Shown: piece after piece, positions 31,574 to 42,294 of the stretch
Numbering within the stretch: the stretch's first letter is position 1
Layout: each line of letters starts with the position of its first letter
Assembly (NCBI GenBank): GCA_963785325.1
Contig: CAWAVC010000025.1
Coordinates: 202,051 to 266,050 of the forward strand
From: an uncultured Bacteroidales bacterium
GTDB lineage: Bacteria; Bacteroidota; Bacteroidia; Bacteroidales; FEN-979
DNA: 64,000 bases
Direction: 5' to 3'
Notes under the pieces: model-generated
Told to the model about the DNA's origin: nothing
What the model saw: only the letters and a program-made list of their open reading frames with translations
Database searches by the model: none
Program-made: the position numbers and the translations under genes

Positions 31574-34195
31574 ATGAAAAAACTTTATGAACAATTGTCA
31601 AAGGCACTAATTGTCATGCTTGTGACAATCATTCCGTTGGTTTCGTTAGCTCAAACCACGCCAACGAAAAATGATACAAAAGCAACGAAAGACCAGGCAA
31701 AGAAAGAAGAACCCAAAAAGGAAGAACAGAAAAAGGAAGAACAGAAAAAAGTCAGGGATCTGGCTCCGAGCAACACCTATTGGGCTGTAACAGCTTATGG
31801 CGCCCTCGATCAGTTTAACGGAGATCTTTCCAAGAATCTCTTGTTTAATGATAAATGGATGTTTGGTGCCGGCGGTATAGTAACAAGGCAATTTGGCAGG
31901 GTGATCGGAGCCCGGGTTAATATTGGATGGGCACCTCTTTCAAGTAGTGTGACCAATAAATATCTTCCTGAAGCAGGATATGTTTCTCCATACATCAGTC
32001 AAAAGTTTACCTCGTATGTAATTCAAACCGACCTTGAAGTAACCGTTAACTGGATAAACTGGATCCTTGGATCCAAGCCCGAAAGGTTCTTCTCTTCCTA
32101 TCTCATAGGGGGTATTGGTTTTGACCATGCTCAGGGAACAAAGTGGGATACCAAAGCAGATACCATCCTGGCTTATCTTGGTTATCCTACACACAAGGGA
32201 GCGGCTAACCTGGGCACTGGAAATAACAGCGGTATTGGCGGCTGGAATCTTCAATTCCAAGCCCTTGCAGGAATCGGTTTTGATTTCAACATCAACAAAC
32301 ATTGGTCCATCAACCCTGAATTCACCTGGAGATGGACGGATGGAGATAATCTTGACCTTACAAATGGAGGTTCCAAGCCAATTAAACAAGACATGTATAG
32401 TGGTGTACAGGTTGGGCTGACCTATAAATTCTGTTACGGCGGTTGCAGCCTGAAAACGATGGAAAAGAATTATACGCTAGTTAAATTCGAAACCACTCCG
32501 GCTGTCCTTGTTGAAAAAGGCGATTCTGTCACAGTGACTGTTAAAGGAACTTTCCCCGAAAAATACTTCTGTCCAAGAGTTGCTATGTATTTCCAGCCTA
32601 CGCTGAAATATGACGGCGGATCTTATGTACTGAAACCGATCACTATTATGGGTGAAAAGGTGACCGGCGACGGACCACAGATAAAATACAAAGAAGGTGG
32701 CTCTTTCACTTATACCACTACGTTCCCATACAAACCGGAAATGGCTTCATCCGAGCTTACTGTTTCCCCGCTCATCTATGAACCAAAAGACTATAAAGCC
32801 ATACCGAAAAAAGATGACATCAAAACCAACACAAAATCCATGGAGCTTTCTTTCAGGGATCTTGCACCCGGGATCATCCACACTGCAACGCGAATCAATC
32901 CTGATTTTATCACCGAGATTGCCGATCATGGTTACCAGAAAGAAGTCATCATATCAAAGAATGGCGTTCTTTACTTCCCGATCAATGTATACAGATTGGA
33001 CCTGAAATTCGGTATCAATAAAACCCAGGCTGCAAAAGATGCACTTTCACAGCTGGATGAATTCATTCAGAAATCCTGGAAAATGAAGGATATTACCATC
33101 AACGGCTGGGCATCTCCGGACGGGGAAGAAACTTTCAATGTCGGATTATCCGAAAACCGTTCAAAGGCAGGAAACACCTATATGATCGACCAGTACAAGT
33201 CATGGGCAAAGGATGCTGAAAAAGGCAATAAAAACAGGAAAGAAGTTAAAGAAAAAATAGAAGCTGCAGGAAAAGATGTCAACTTCGTCATCAACCACCA
33301 TGGCCCGGATTGGAATGGGTTACTCGCAAATATCAAAGCCAGCAACATCAAGGATAAAGATAAAATCCTGAATGTGATCAATTCAGCCGGCGATAATAAA
33401 AAGAAGGAACAGGAAATCCGGAATATGATCGTGATCTATCCTGAACTGGAAAAAGAACTACTTCCACCACTCAGAAGGGCCGAGATCACTGCCAATGCTT
33501 ATGAAAAGAAATACACCGATGAAGAACTCTCCAAAATGGCTGTCAGCAGTCCTGATAAGCTGAAAGTGGAAGAACTCCTTTATGCCGGTACTCTCACCAA
33601 TGATCCCGATACCAAGCTTGCCATCTATGAAAATGCAGCAAGGCTATATCCGGACAACTGGAAAGCTCAAAACAATGCAGGATGTGCAAACATTGCCAAG
33701 GGGAATCTTGACAAGGCTGCCAACAACCTTCAGAAAGCACAGGCTCTCGCACCAAACAACGGAATTATCGAAAACAACCTTGGCGCTGTAGCCGGTAAGA
33801 AGAAGGATTATAAGAAAGCTGAAGACCAATTCAAGAAAGCTCAATCACTGGGTGAAAATGAAAATTACAACCTGGGTGTGCTGATGATCCCGAAAGGCGA
33901 TTATTCAAAAGCAAACAGTTTGTTGTCGAATTCAAAGTGCAGCTATAACCTTGGTTTGGCACAACTTGTTTCAGGGAATACCAGTACAGCAGTTACTACT
34001 CTGCAGTGTGCTCCTGCAACACCGCAAACAGCTTATTTGTTAGCTATTTGTGGCGCACGCACATCAAACACCAAGATGTTGTATGATAATCTCAAGAAAG
34101 CCGTTGTTGATCCTGGTCTTAAAGCAGATGCAAAGACTGACAGGGAATTCTTCAACTACGCCAACGCACAGGATTTCCAGAATATTGTTAAATAA
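31574..34195 (+). CDS. outer-membrane protein: N-terminal barrel-like region, OmpA-like segment, C-terminal TPR repeats
   Basis: Signal peptide. Lys/Glu low-complexity stretch KKEEPKKEEQKKEEQKK. ITINGWASPDGEETFNVGLSENRSKA resembles an OmpA-like domain. TPR-like AQNNAGCANIAKGNLDKAANNLQKAQALAPNN. Confidence 0.55.
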   Translation: MKKLYEQLSKALIVMLVTIIPLVSLAQTTPTKNDTKATKDQAKKEEPKKEEQKKEEQKKVRDLAPSNTYWAVTAYGALDQFNGDLSKNLLFNDKWMFGAGGIVTRQFGRVIGARVNIGWAPLSSSVTNKYLPEAGYVSPYISQKFTSYVIQTDLEVTVNWINWILGSKPERFFSSYLIGGIGFDHAQGTKWDTKADTILAYLGYPTHKGAANLGTGNNSGIGGWNLQFQALAGIGFDFNINKHWSINPEFTWRWTDGDNLDLTNGGSKPIKQDMYSGVQVGLTYKFCYGGCSLKTMEKNYTLVKFETTPAVLVEKGDSVTVTVKGTFPEKYFCPRVAMYFQPTLKYDGGSYVLKPITIMGEKVTGDGPQIKYKEGGSFTYTTTFPYKPEMASSELTVSPLIYEPKDYKAIPKKDDIKTNTKSMELSFRDLAPGIIHTATRINPDFITEIADHGYQKEVIISKNGVLYFPINVYRLDLKFGINKTQAAKDALSQLDEFIQKSWKMKDITINGWASPDGEETFNVGLSENRSKAGNTYMIDQYKSWAKDAEKGNKNRKEVKEKIEAAGKDVNFVINHHGPDWNGLLANIKASNIKDKDKILNVINSAGDNKKKEQEIRNMIVIYPELEKELLPPLRRAEITANAYEKKYTDEELSKMAVSSPDKLKVEELLYAGTLTNDPDTKLAIYENAARLYPDNWKAQNNAGCANIAKGNLDKAANNLQKAQALAPNNGIIENNLGAVAGKKKDYKKAEDQFKKAQSLGENENYNLGVLMIPKGDYSKANSLLSNSKCSYNLGLAQLVSGNTSTAVTTLQCAPATPQTAYLLAICGARTSNTKMLYDNLKKAVVDPGLKADAKTDREFFNYANAQDFQNIVK

Positions 34196-34211
34196 TTGTT
34201 TATTTTCTTAG

Positions 34212-34245
34212 AAAAAAAGCCGCTCCCAAGAGCGGCTTTTTTTTT
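34212..34245. terminator. Rho-independent terminator, bidirectional (A-run, GCCGCTC-CCAA-GAGCGGC, T-run)
   Basis: Perfect 7-bp GC-rich stem followed by T9, located between convergent genes. Confidence 0.8.
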
Positions 34246-34310
34246 GAGAAGCAGTGAAGTTGCGAACTGGTGACGTGGTGAACTGGTGACGTGGTGAAAT
34301 AGTGAGGTGG

Positions 34311-34812
34311 TTACAGGAATTTCCGGACTTCTTTCGTGTCTTTGCATTCAGCGAGAAGTTGTTTGATGGCCTTTCCGGAAAGGGGATGGATCAGGCGGGG
34401 TGCTATTTCATTGAGAGGAACGAGAACGAATTTCCGGTCCTGAATGCCGGGATGAGGAATTTTCAAGATGTCATTGAGCAATATAATGTCGTCATAAAAC
34501 AAAATGTCAACATCCATAGTTCTTCGAAGAATAGCCACCTTTATATCTTTTCCTTCCAAAGGTTTTTTCAATTTCATCGATCTTCATCAATATCTCTTTA
34601 GGAGAAAAAAATGTTGATATTTTCAATACCCTGTTCAGGAAGGAATCTTTCGAAGAAAAGCCCCAGGGTTCGGTTTCATAGATTGAAGAATGCCTGATAA
34701 CAGGGCCGATCATTTCACGGATCAAGCCCTGGGCTTTATCCATTTGTTTTTTCTTATCCCCCAGGTTACTGCCGAGGACGAGATACAGAATATGATTCTT
34801 ATTCTGCTTCAT
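34311..34812 (-). pseudogene. folK: 2-amino-4-hydroxy-6-hydroxymethyldihydropteridine diphosphokinase, split by a 1-nt indel (or a sequencing error)
   Basis: LYLVLGSNLGD...SSIYETEPWG in one frame and RTMDVDILFYDD...IPHPGIQDRKFVLVPLNEI in the next. The junction is near 34525-34531. Confidence 0.8.
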
Positions 34813-34962
34813 GATTACAAAAATAGCGAAATAAAGGACAGGCGGACAAGGGGACAAATTGTAATTACAAATTACGAATTACGAAGTATGTGGAATGTTG
34901 GAAAGCGGACAAGCGGACAGGTTTTTGTTTATCTTTGTCCTGACAATCTTATCCTTATCATT

Positions 34963-36726
34963 ATGAAAGATTTTTTTAAATTCATGTTTGCTTCGATGCT
35001 GGGATTTTTTCTCACCATCATGCTGCTTTCTATAATTCTGTTTACGGTTGTGGTTTCATTAGTTGCACTGGCGACTACTGAGGAGGTTAAGACTCCGCGA
35101 AATTGCATCCTCCAGATCAGACTTGACAACCCCATCAGCGACCGCAGTCCCAAGAATCCCTTATTCGTCGATCTGCGTGCCTGGAGCAGAAGAAACGGTT
35201 TGACCGATATTCTGCACAATATCCATAAAGCCAAGAATGATAACAACATTAAAGGTATCTTACTTGACGTCAGTGTCATACAGGCAGGTTATTCTACCAT
35301 CGGCGAGATCCGTGATGCTCTAATTGATTTTAAAAAGTCAGGAAAATTTATCGTCAGTTACAGTGAATTTTATTCGCAGGGAGCTTATTATCTTGCTTCG
35401 GTTGCTGATCGCATTTACCTTCAGCCTCAGGGGATGATCCTGTTCAAGGGACTGGATGCTGAAGTTACGTTCATCAAAGGTACCCTCGACAAGCTCGATA
35501 TCAAGATGCAGATCCTCCGGCATGGAAAGTTCAAATCAGCAACAGAGCCTCTCTTTCTGGACAAAATGAGTCCCGAAAACCGAAAGCAGTGGACGGAACT
35601 GATCAATAATTTCTGGGCTAAAATCGTTGAGGGAATCTCTGTTTCAAGGGGCATCAGCACCGTCAGGCTGAACCAGATTGCCGACAGCCTGAAAGCAGAG
35701 ACACCCGCGTATGCGTTAAAAAATAATCTTGTCGATCAACTCGCATACCGGGATGAGCTTATGAATGACCTTCGCCAGAAGCTGGGTCTTGTAAACAAAA
35801 AAGAAATTAATTTCATCACCATTGAGAAATATGACAATGTTGCTGATCTTCATCGTAATTTTTCAGAAAAAGATGGAAGAATTGCAATCATTTATGCGAC
35901 CGGCTCAATAGATGGAGGAAATGGCGATGATCAGTCAATCGGATCAGAAAGACTCAGCAAGGCTTTCCGGAAAGCCAGGGAAGATAAAAAGGTCAAGGCC
36001 ATCGTATTCAGGATCAATTCTCCCGGAGGCAGTGCATTGGCATCTGATGTGATCTGGCGGGAAGTAATGCTTACTGCAAAAGAAAAACCTGTAGTGGCCT
36101 CATTTGGGGATGTCGCCGCTTCAGGGGGTTATTATATTGCCTGTCCATCCACTAAGATCCTTGCCGATCCCACAAGCATCACCGGATCGATAGGGGTGTT
36201 CGGAGTAGTTCCAAACCTGAAAGGATTGTTCAATAATAAACTCGGGATCACCTTTGATGAAGCAAAAACCAATGTCAACTCCGATTATATCAGCATATAC
36301 AAGCCGATGCCTCCCTACCAGTTAAATGTTCTGCAGGCAGAAATTGAAAATATCTATTCTTCATTTGTCTTAAAAGTGGCCGAAGGAAGACACCTCTCAG
36401 AAGCGACGGTGGACAGTATCGGCCAAGGCAGGGTATGGAGCGGAACAGATGCAAGAAAGATCGGGTTGATTGATGATTTCGGCGGATACGAACGGGCTAT
36501 AGAAGTTGCTGCTGATCTTGCAAAGATGAAAAACTACGGTCTCATTTACCTGCCTGAACAGAAAGAGCCGATCGAGGAGATCATCGATCGTTTGACAGGC
36601 AATGAAACACAGGCAATTCTTGAGAAAGAGATGGGCGAATACTATCAGTATTTCCAATATCTCAAGGAAATGCAGCGGATGAAAGGGGTGCAGGTACGAA
36701 TGCCGTTTGACGTCAGCATTGAGTAA
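34963..36726 (+). CDS. sppA: signal peptide peptidase SppA, 67K type
   Basis: N-terminal TM segment and two ClpP-like halves. INSPGGSALASD and GDVAASGGYYIA motifs. Start moved to MKDFFKF. Confidence 0.85.
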   Translation: MKDFFKFMFASMLGFFLTIMLLSIILFTVVVSLVALATTEEVKTPRNCILQIRLDNPISDRSPKNPLFVDLRAWSRRNGLTDILHNIHKAKNDNNIKGILLDVSVIQAGYSTIGEIRDALIDFKKSGKFIVSYSEFYSQGAYYLASVADRIYLQPQGMILFKGLDAEVTFIKGTLDKLDIKMQILRHGKFKSATEPLFLDKMSPENRKQWTELINNFWAKIVEGISVSRGISTVRLNQIADSLKAETPAYALKNNLVDQLAYRDELMNDLRQKLGLVNKKEINFITIEKYDNVADLHRNFSEKDGRIAIIYATGSIDGGNGDDQSIGSERLSKAFRKAREDKKVKAIVFRINSPGGSALASDVIWREVMLTAKEKPVVASFGDVAASGGYYIACPSTKILADPTSITGSIGVFGVVPNLKGLFNNKLGITFDEAKTNVNSDYISIYKPMPPYQLNVLQAEIENIYSSFVLKVAEGRHLSEATVDSIGQGRVWSGTDARKIGLIDDFGGYERAIEVAADLAKMKNYGLIYLPEQKEPIEEIIDRLTGNETQAILEKEMGEYYQYFQYLKEMQRMKGVQVRMPFDVSIE

Positions 36727-36727
36727 A

Positions 36728-37215
36728 GGGGTACTGGGTACTAGGCACTGGGTACTGGGTACTGGGTACTGGGTACTGGGTACTAGGTACTAGGCAACTG
36801 GGTACTAGGTACTGGGTACTGGGTACTAGGCACTGGGTACTGGGTACTGGGTACTAGGCAACTGGGTACTAGGTACTGGGTACTGGGTACTGGGTACTGG
36901 GTACTGGGTACTGGGTACTAGGCAACTGGGTACTAGGCACTGGGTACTAGGCAACTGGGTACTAGGCACTGGGTACTGGGTACTAGGTACTAGGCACTGG
37001 GTACTGGGTACTAGGTACTAGGCACTGGGTACTGGGTACTAGGCAACTGGGTACTAGGCACTGGGTACTGGGTACTAGGCAACTGGGTACTGGGTACTAG
37101 GTACTGGGTACTAGGCACTGGGTACTGGGTACTGGGTACTGGGTACTAGGCACTGGGTACTGGGTACTAGGTACTGGGTACTATGCACTGGGTACTAGGC
37201 AACTGGGTACTGGGA
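36728..37215 (+). repeat. heptamer array, about 68 units: GGGTACT, AGGTACT, AGGCACT and the 8-mer AGGCAACT
   Basis: Direct reading. This array has its own private variant set. Its 3' edge supplies the complement of the stop codon of the minus-strand gene. Confidence 0.97.
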
Positions 37216-37216
37216 G

Positions 37217-38230
37217 CTAGCGTTGGGGGTAGCGGATGAAGATCTCTTCGGATTTCATCAGGATATCAATATATTGAGCACGTTTGTAGACAAAGGGGTC
37301 TTTTATATTCTTTCTTGAAAGTTTGCCATGAAACTTATCAATGGAATCATATTTCTTATGATCCATCCAGTTGGTGATTTCATTCAACATCTTAGTGATC
37401 TGATCGATTCCATTCTTATACAGGGTGCTGACCACCTGAACACAATCGGCCCCGGCAAGGAGCATTTTAATCACATCGGCACCGGTAAAGATCCCGGTGT
37501 TGGCACAAATGGAACCGCGAGTTTCTCCATAAAGCAAGCCCACATACTTCAGGGGTAAACGCATATCGTCGGGATTGCTGAGGTGCCAGGGGAAATGATG
37601 TACTTCCTTTTCGATATCAATGTCAGGCTGGAATAAACGGTTGAATAATACAAACCCGTCAACGCCTTCAAAGTACATCACCTGGATCAAATTCAGGACA
37701 TTTGTATAGAAAGGGCTGAGTTTGACACTTACAGGGATCCGGAGGTTTTTCTTCACCTGATTAACTACATCCAATTGTTCATTGACGATGGATTTCTCTT
37801 CTTTCTTGAAATCGCCGGGGATAGAATAAAAATTCAGTTCAATGGCATTGACGCCAGCCTGCTCAATGGCTTTAGCATATTCCACCCATGTTTCCCCTAA
37901 GGTGCAGTTCAGGCTTGCAATGACCGGTATTGTCACAGCATCGACCGTTTTCCTGAGGTGCATCAGATGCTCCTTAGGACCGGCATGTTCGATATCCGGA
38001 AAGAGGCTGATCATCTCTGCATGCCGTTCGTTGTATTGGTTCAGCTCTTCTGATAGCTGAAGCCGTTCCAGTTCGATCTGTTCTTCGAAAAGGGTCTTAT
38101 AGACGATGGCTGCCGCACCGGCTTCTTCAATTTTCTTAATGTTATCAAGGTCTTTAACAAAATTGCTTGCACCGACGATAATGGGGTTCTTCAGATTTAA
38201 ACCCATGTAAGTTGTGGTAAGGTTGGCCAT
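37217..38230 (-). CDS. dihydroorotate dehydrogenase-like protein (class 1 DHOD fold)
   Basis: [21 protein letters not shown] and [10 protein letters not shown].. motifs, about 335 aa. Confidence 0.75.
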   Translation of the reverse strand: MANLTTTYMGLNLKNPIIVGASNFVKDLDNIKKIEEAGAAAIVYKTLFEEQIELERLQLSEELNQYNERHAEMISLFPDIEHAGPKEHLMHLRKTVDAVTIPVIASLNCTLGETWVEYAKAIEQAGVNAIELNFYSIPGDFKKEEKSIVNEQLDVVNQVKKNLRIPVSVKLSPFYTNVLNLIQVMYFEGVDGFVLFNRLFQPDIDIEKEVHHFPWHLSNPDDMRLPLKYVGLLYGETRGSICANTGIFTGADVIKMLLAGADCVQVVSTLYKNGIDQITKMLNEITNWMDHKKYDSIDKFHGKLSRKNIKDPFVYKRAQYIDILMKSEEIFIRYPQR

Positions 38231-38616
38231 TGGTTCTGGGTATTGGGTACTGGGTTCTGGGTACTGGGTTCTGGGTTCTGGGTTCTGGGTACTGGGTACT
38301 GGGTATTGGGTACTGGGTACTGGGTACTGGGTTCTGGGTACTGGGTACTGGGTTCTGGGTACTGGGTTTTGGGTACTGGGTACTGGGTACTGGGTACTGG
38401 GTACTAGGTACTGGGTACTGGGTTCTGGGTTCTGGGTTCTGGGTTCTGGGTACTGGGCTCTGGGTACTGGGTTCTGGGTTCTGGGTTCTGGGTACTAGGT
38501 ACTGGGTACTGGGTACTGGGTACTGGGTTCTGGGTTCTGGGTTCTGGGTTCTGGGTACTGGGTTTTGGGTACTGGGTACTGGACTTTGCCTAGTACCCAG
38601 TACTTAGTACCTAGTG
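38231..38616 (+). repeat. heptamer array GGGTTCT/GGGTACT/GGGTATT/GGGTTTT, ending in a short inverted segment (38590-38616)
   Basis: Direct reading. The array fills the whole gap between the nifJ stop and the start codon of the DHOD-like gene. The terminal inverted part pairs with the adjacent units (about a 14-bp stem). Confidence 0.97.
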
Positions 38617-41600
38617 CTATTTTGAAAATACCATTTCTGATAGTCGTTTGTAGTTCGCGTAACGCCATTTTGCATTTTCTTCTGCTGCTTTGAAGAGGAT
38701 GTCGGCTTCTTCAGGGAACATCTTTTTTAGCGAGGTATAACGGACTTCGCCATCAAGAAATGGCTGGAATTTAGTCCAATCGGGTTCTTTTGAGTCGAGG
38801 GTGAATGGATTTTTTCCTTCTATTTCGTTGAGTGGGTTGTACCGGTAAAGATGCCAGTAGCCTGCCTGGACGGCGCGGTCCATTTCGTCCTGGGTCTTTC
38901 CCATTCCTGCGCGCATTCCGTGATTGATACAGGGGGCATACGCGATAAGGATGGAAGGACCGGGATAGGCTTCGGCTTCTTTCATAGCCCGGAAAAGCTG
39001 GCTATTGTTGGCGCCCATGGCAACCTGTGCAACATATACATATCCGTAGGTCATGGCCATGGCACCCAGGTCTTTTTTTCTGACCTTCTTGCCGGAAGCC
39101 GCAAATTTAGCTACAGCGCCCTCCGGAGTAGATTTTGATGCCTGTCCGCCCGTATTTGAATAGACTTCGGTATCGAGCACGAGAATGTTGACATCTTCAT
39201 CCTGGGCGATCACATGATCGAGACCGCCATAGCCTATATCATAAGCCCAGCCGTCGCCTCCAAAGATCCAGATGGATTTTTTTACGAGGTACTGTTTCAG
39301 GTCAAGGATATCTTTTGCCAGCGGGTTCTTTTCTTTTGCCAGCAGGGGAATGATCTTAGAGGCTGCAGCCTTTGATTTTTCCGGATCATCTTTTCCATCC
39401 ATCCATTCCCGGAAGGCATCCAGAAGCTCGATAGACATCATATTTTCTTTTATGGCCTCTGTCATCTTCTGTGTTATTCGTTTTCTCAGGTTGCGCACGC
39501 CAACTGCCATTCCAAAGCCATATTCTGAATTGTCTTCAAACAATGAATTTGCCCATGCCGGTCCTTGTCCTTCACGATTCTTTGTGTATGGAGTAAATGG
39601 GGCAGTTCCACCATAGATTGAGGAACATCCTGTGGCGTTGGCAACCATCATACGTTCGCCAAAGAGCTGAGTAATCAGTTTTATATAAGGAGTTTCACCG
39701 CAACCAGAACAGGCGCCTGAGAATTCAAAGAGCGGCTGTACAAACTGGCTGTTCTTAAAAGTTCTCAAACGTGGGGCGACATCCGGTTTGTAAGTAACTT
39801 TCGAAATGAGGTAATCCCAGTTCACGGTTTCTTTCATCTGCGATTCCAGTGGTTTCATTTCCAGCGCTTTGATCTTGGCAGAACAAACATCGATGCAATT
39901 GCCACAGCCTGTGCAGTCGAGCACTGTGACCTGTATCCTGTACTCAAGTCCGGCCAATTCTTTTCCTATTGCTTTCAGGGTAACCATGTCTGACGGTGCA
40001 TTTTTTTTCTCCTCAGGATTGAGCAGAAAAGGACGGATAGCAGCGTGAGGACAGACATAGGCACATTGGTTACACTGAATACAATTTTCAGGGATCCATT
40101 CAGGAACGGTAACGGCGATGCCTCTCTTCTCCAGTTGTGTCATTCCAACCGGGAAGGTACCATCTTCGCGTCCGAGGAATGCGCTAACGGGAATATCGTC
40201 GCCTTCAAATTTATTGACCTTATCGAAAACCTGTTTGACAAATGCTGAACGGTTGGGATCGTCAATCTCAGGTTTAATTTCTATATTGGCCCACTCGGCC
40301 GGAACGGGAATTTCTTCAACTTCTCCTCCCCTGTCGATAGCCATGTTGTTCATATTAATAATATCTTCCCCTTTTCTTCCATAAGTCTTCTTTATGGCAT
40401 ATTTCATTTCTTTCACTGCCATTTCGTAAGGGATTATATTGGCCAGACGGAAGAAGGTCGATTGCATGATGGTGTTTGTCCGGTTCCCAAGGCCTATCTC
40501 CACGGCGATCTTGGTGGCATCGATAATAAAAAAGCTGATTTTGTGTATGGCAAGATATTTCTTCATATGATCGGGAAGCCGTTCTTTAGTTTCTTCTGCG
40601 TTCCAGATACTGTTCAGCAGGAAAGTGCCCCCGTCCTTCAGTCCTTTCAGCATATCATATTTCTCCAGATAAGCCGGAACATGACAAGCCACGAAATCAG
40701 GAGTAATAACCAGGTAAGGCGCGCGGATAGGCCTGTCGCCAAAACGAAGGTGAGATACCGTGATTCCTCCCGACTTTTTGGAGTCGTAGGCGAAATAAGC
40801 CTGTGCATATTTATCGGTCGATTCGCCGATGATTTTGATCGAATTCTTATTGGCGCCCACCGTTCCGTCGGAACCGATGCCAAAGAATTTTGCCGAGAAG
40901 GTGCCGGGCTGATCAATGCTGACTTCCGGAAGAAGCGGTAATGAATGGAAGGTGACATCATCGACAATACCGATGGTAAAATGATCTTTCGGCTCTTTGG
41001 CTTTGAGGTTGTCAAATACGGAAATGATCTGTGAGGGGGTAGTATCTTTTGAACTTAATCCATAACGGCCGGCATAAATCATTGGTCTGTTTTCCCTGTC
41101 GTAGAACAGGTCGCGGATATCAAGGTAGAGCGGATCACCATTGGCTCCGGGCTCTTTCGTACGGTCGAGCACCGTGATCCTTTTAACTGACGAAGGAAGT
41201 ACCTTGAAGAAATATTTTGCGGAGAAGGGTCTGTACAGATGTACCGAGATCAGGCCGACTTTTTCTCCTTTTTCAATCATGTGATCGATCACGTCCTTTA
41301 TAGTATCGGTCACAGAGCCCATTGCAATGATAATGTTTTCGGCATCCGGGGCACCATAATAGGTGAAAGGATGATATTCCCTGCCGGTAAGCTTTGTGAT
41401 CTGCTGCATATAACTTTCAACGATATCGGCAACCGGCTCATAGAAACGGTTCACGGCTTCTTTTGCCTGGAAGAAGATATCCGGGTTCTGGGCAGTACCG
41501 CGGGTTACAGGATGTTCGGGGTTGAGAGCTCTGTCGCGGAATTCCTGTAAAGCCTTGTAATCGATCAGCCCAGCCATGTCTTCATTGGAGAAGGCTTCAA

Positions 41601-42153
41601 TTTTCTGGATCTCGTGGGAGGAACGGAAGCCGTCAAAAAAATGAAGAAAAGGAATGCGTGAAGTGATGGCGCTGAGGTGAGCTATTCCTGCCAGATCCAT
41701 GATTTCCTGAACGCTGCCGCTGGCCAGCATGGCAAAACCGGTTTGCCGGGTTGCATAGATATCTGAATGATCTCCAAAGATCGACAGTGCATGGGCAGCA
41801 ACTGTCCGTGCACTAACGTGGAATACACCTGGAAGTAATTCACCTGCAATCTTATACATATTCGGGATCATCAGCAAGAGTCCCTGGGAAGCGGTAAACG
41901 TGGTAGTCAATGAACCCGACTGAAGAGAGCCATGAACGGCGCCAGCAGCGCCAGCTTCCGACTGCATTTCGACAACTTTTACTTCATCACCGAAAATGTT
42001 CTTTCTCCCATGAGCAGCCCATTCGTCGACATTTTCGGCCATATTTGAAGAGGGGGTTATCGGGTAAATTGCCGCCACTTCACTAAACATATAGGCCATA
42101 TGAGATGCGGCCTGGTTTCCATCGCAGGTGATGAAATTTTTTTTCTTTTCCAT
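38617..42153 (-). CDS. nifJ: pyruvate:ferredoxin (flavodoxin) oxidoreductase
   Basis: 1178 aa. Two ferredoxin-type CxxCxxCxxxCP motifs (CIQCNQCAYVCP, CTGCGNCIDVC) and a TPP-binding region GGDGWAYDIGYGG. Confidence 0.95.
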   Translation of the reverse strand: MEKKKNFITCDGNQAASHMAYMFSEVAAIYPITPSSNMAENVDEWAAHGRKNIFGDEVKVVEMQSEAGAAGAVHGSLQSGSLTTTFTASQGLLLMIPNMYKIAGELLPGVFHVSARTVAAHALSIFGDHSDIYATRQTGFAMLASGSVQEIMDLAGIAHLSAITSRIPFLHFFDGFRSSHEIQKIEAFSNEDMAGLIDYKALQEFRDRALNPEHPVTRGTAQNPDIFFQAKEAVNRFYEPVADIVESYMQQITKLTGREYHPFTYYGAPDAENIIIAMGSVTDTIKDVIDHMIEKGEKVGLISVHLYRPFSAKYFFKVLPSSVKRITVLDRTKEPGANGDPLYLDIRDLFYDRENRPMIYAGRYGLSSKDTTPSQIISVFDNLKAKEPKDHFTIGIVDDVTFHSLPLLPEVSIDQPGTFSAKFFGIGSDGTVGANKNSIKIIGESTDKYAQAYFAYDSKKSGGITVSHLRFGDRPIRAPYLVITPDFVACHVPAYLEKYDMLKGLKDGGTFLLNSIWNAEETKERLPDHMKKYLAIHKISFFIIDATKIAVEIGLGNRTNTIMQSTFFRLANIIPYEMAVKEMKYAIKKTYGRKGEDIINMNNMAIDRGGEVEEIPVPAEWANIEIKPEIDDPNRSAFVKQVFDKVNKFEGDDIPVSAFLGREDGTFPVGMTQLEKRGIAVTVPEWIPENCIQCNQCAYVCPHAAIRPFLLNPEEKKNAPSDMVTLKAIGKELAGLEYRIQVTVLDCTGCGNCIDVCSAKIKALEMKPLESQMKETVNWDYLISKVTYKPDVAPRLRTFKNSQFVQPLFEFSGACSGCGETPYIKLITQLFGERMMVANATGCSSIYGGTAPFTPYTKNREGQGPAWANSLFEDNSEYGFGMAVGVRNLRKRITQKMTEAIKENMMSIELLDAFREWMDGKDDPEKSKAAASKIIPLLAKEKNPLAKDILDLKQYLVKKSIWIFGGDGWAYDIGYGGLDHVIAQDEDVNILVLDTEVYSNTGGQASKSTPEGAVAKFAASGKKVRKKDLGAMAMTYGYVYVAQVAMGANNSQLFRAMKEAEAYPGPSILIAYAPCINHGMRAGMGKTQDEMDRAVQAGYWHLYRYNPLNEIEGKNPFTLDSKEPDWTKFQPFLDGEVRYTSLKKMFPEEADILFKAAEENAKWRYANYKRLSEMVFSK

Positions 42154-42208
42154 AATAAATTGGTTGTTAATATTTTATGTGTGCTCTTGTGAATTCAATA
42201 ACAAGGTG

Positions 42209-42216
42209 CAAAGGTA
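42209..42216 (-). promoter_or_regulatory. candidate Bacteroidota -7 box TACCTTTG upstream of nifJ
   Basis: Matches TAnnTTTG about 55 nt upstream of the start. No clear -33 TTTG. Confidence 0.35.
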
Positions 42217-42294
42217 CGATTTCTTTTTTTTTGAATGGCAAGGGAAGGGGGAAATTATTTGGTACTGGGTGCTCTGGGTACTGGGTGCTGGGTG

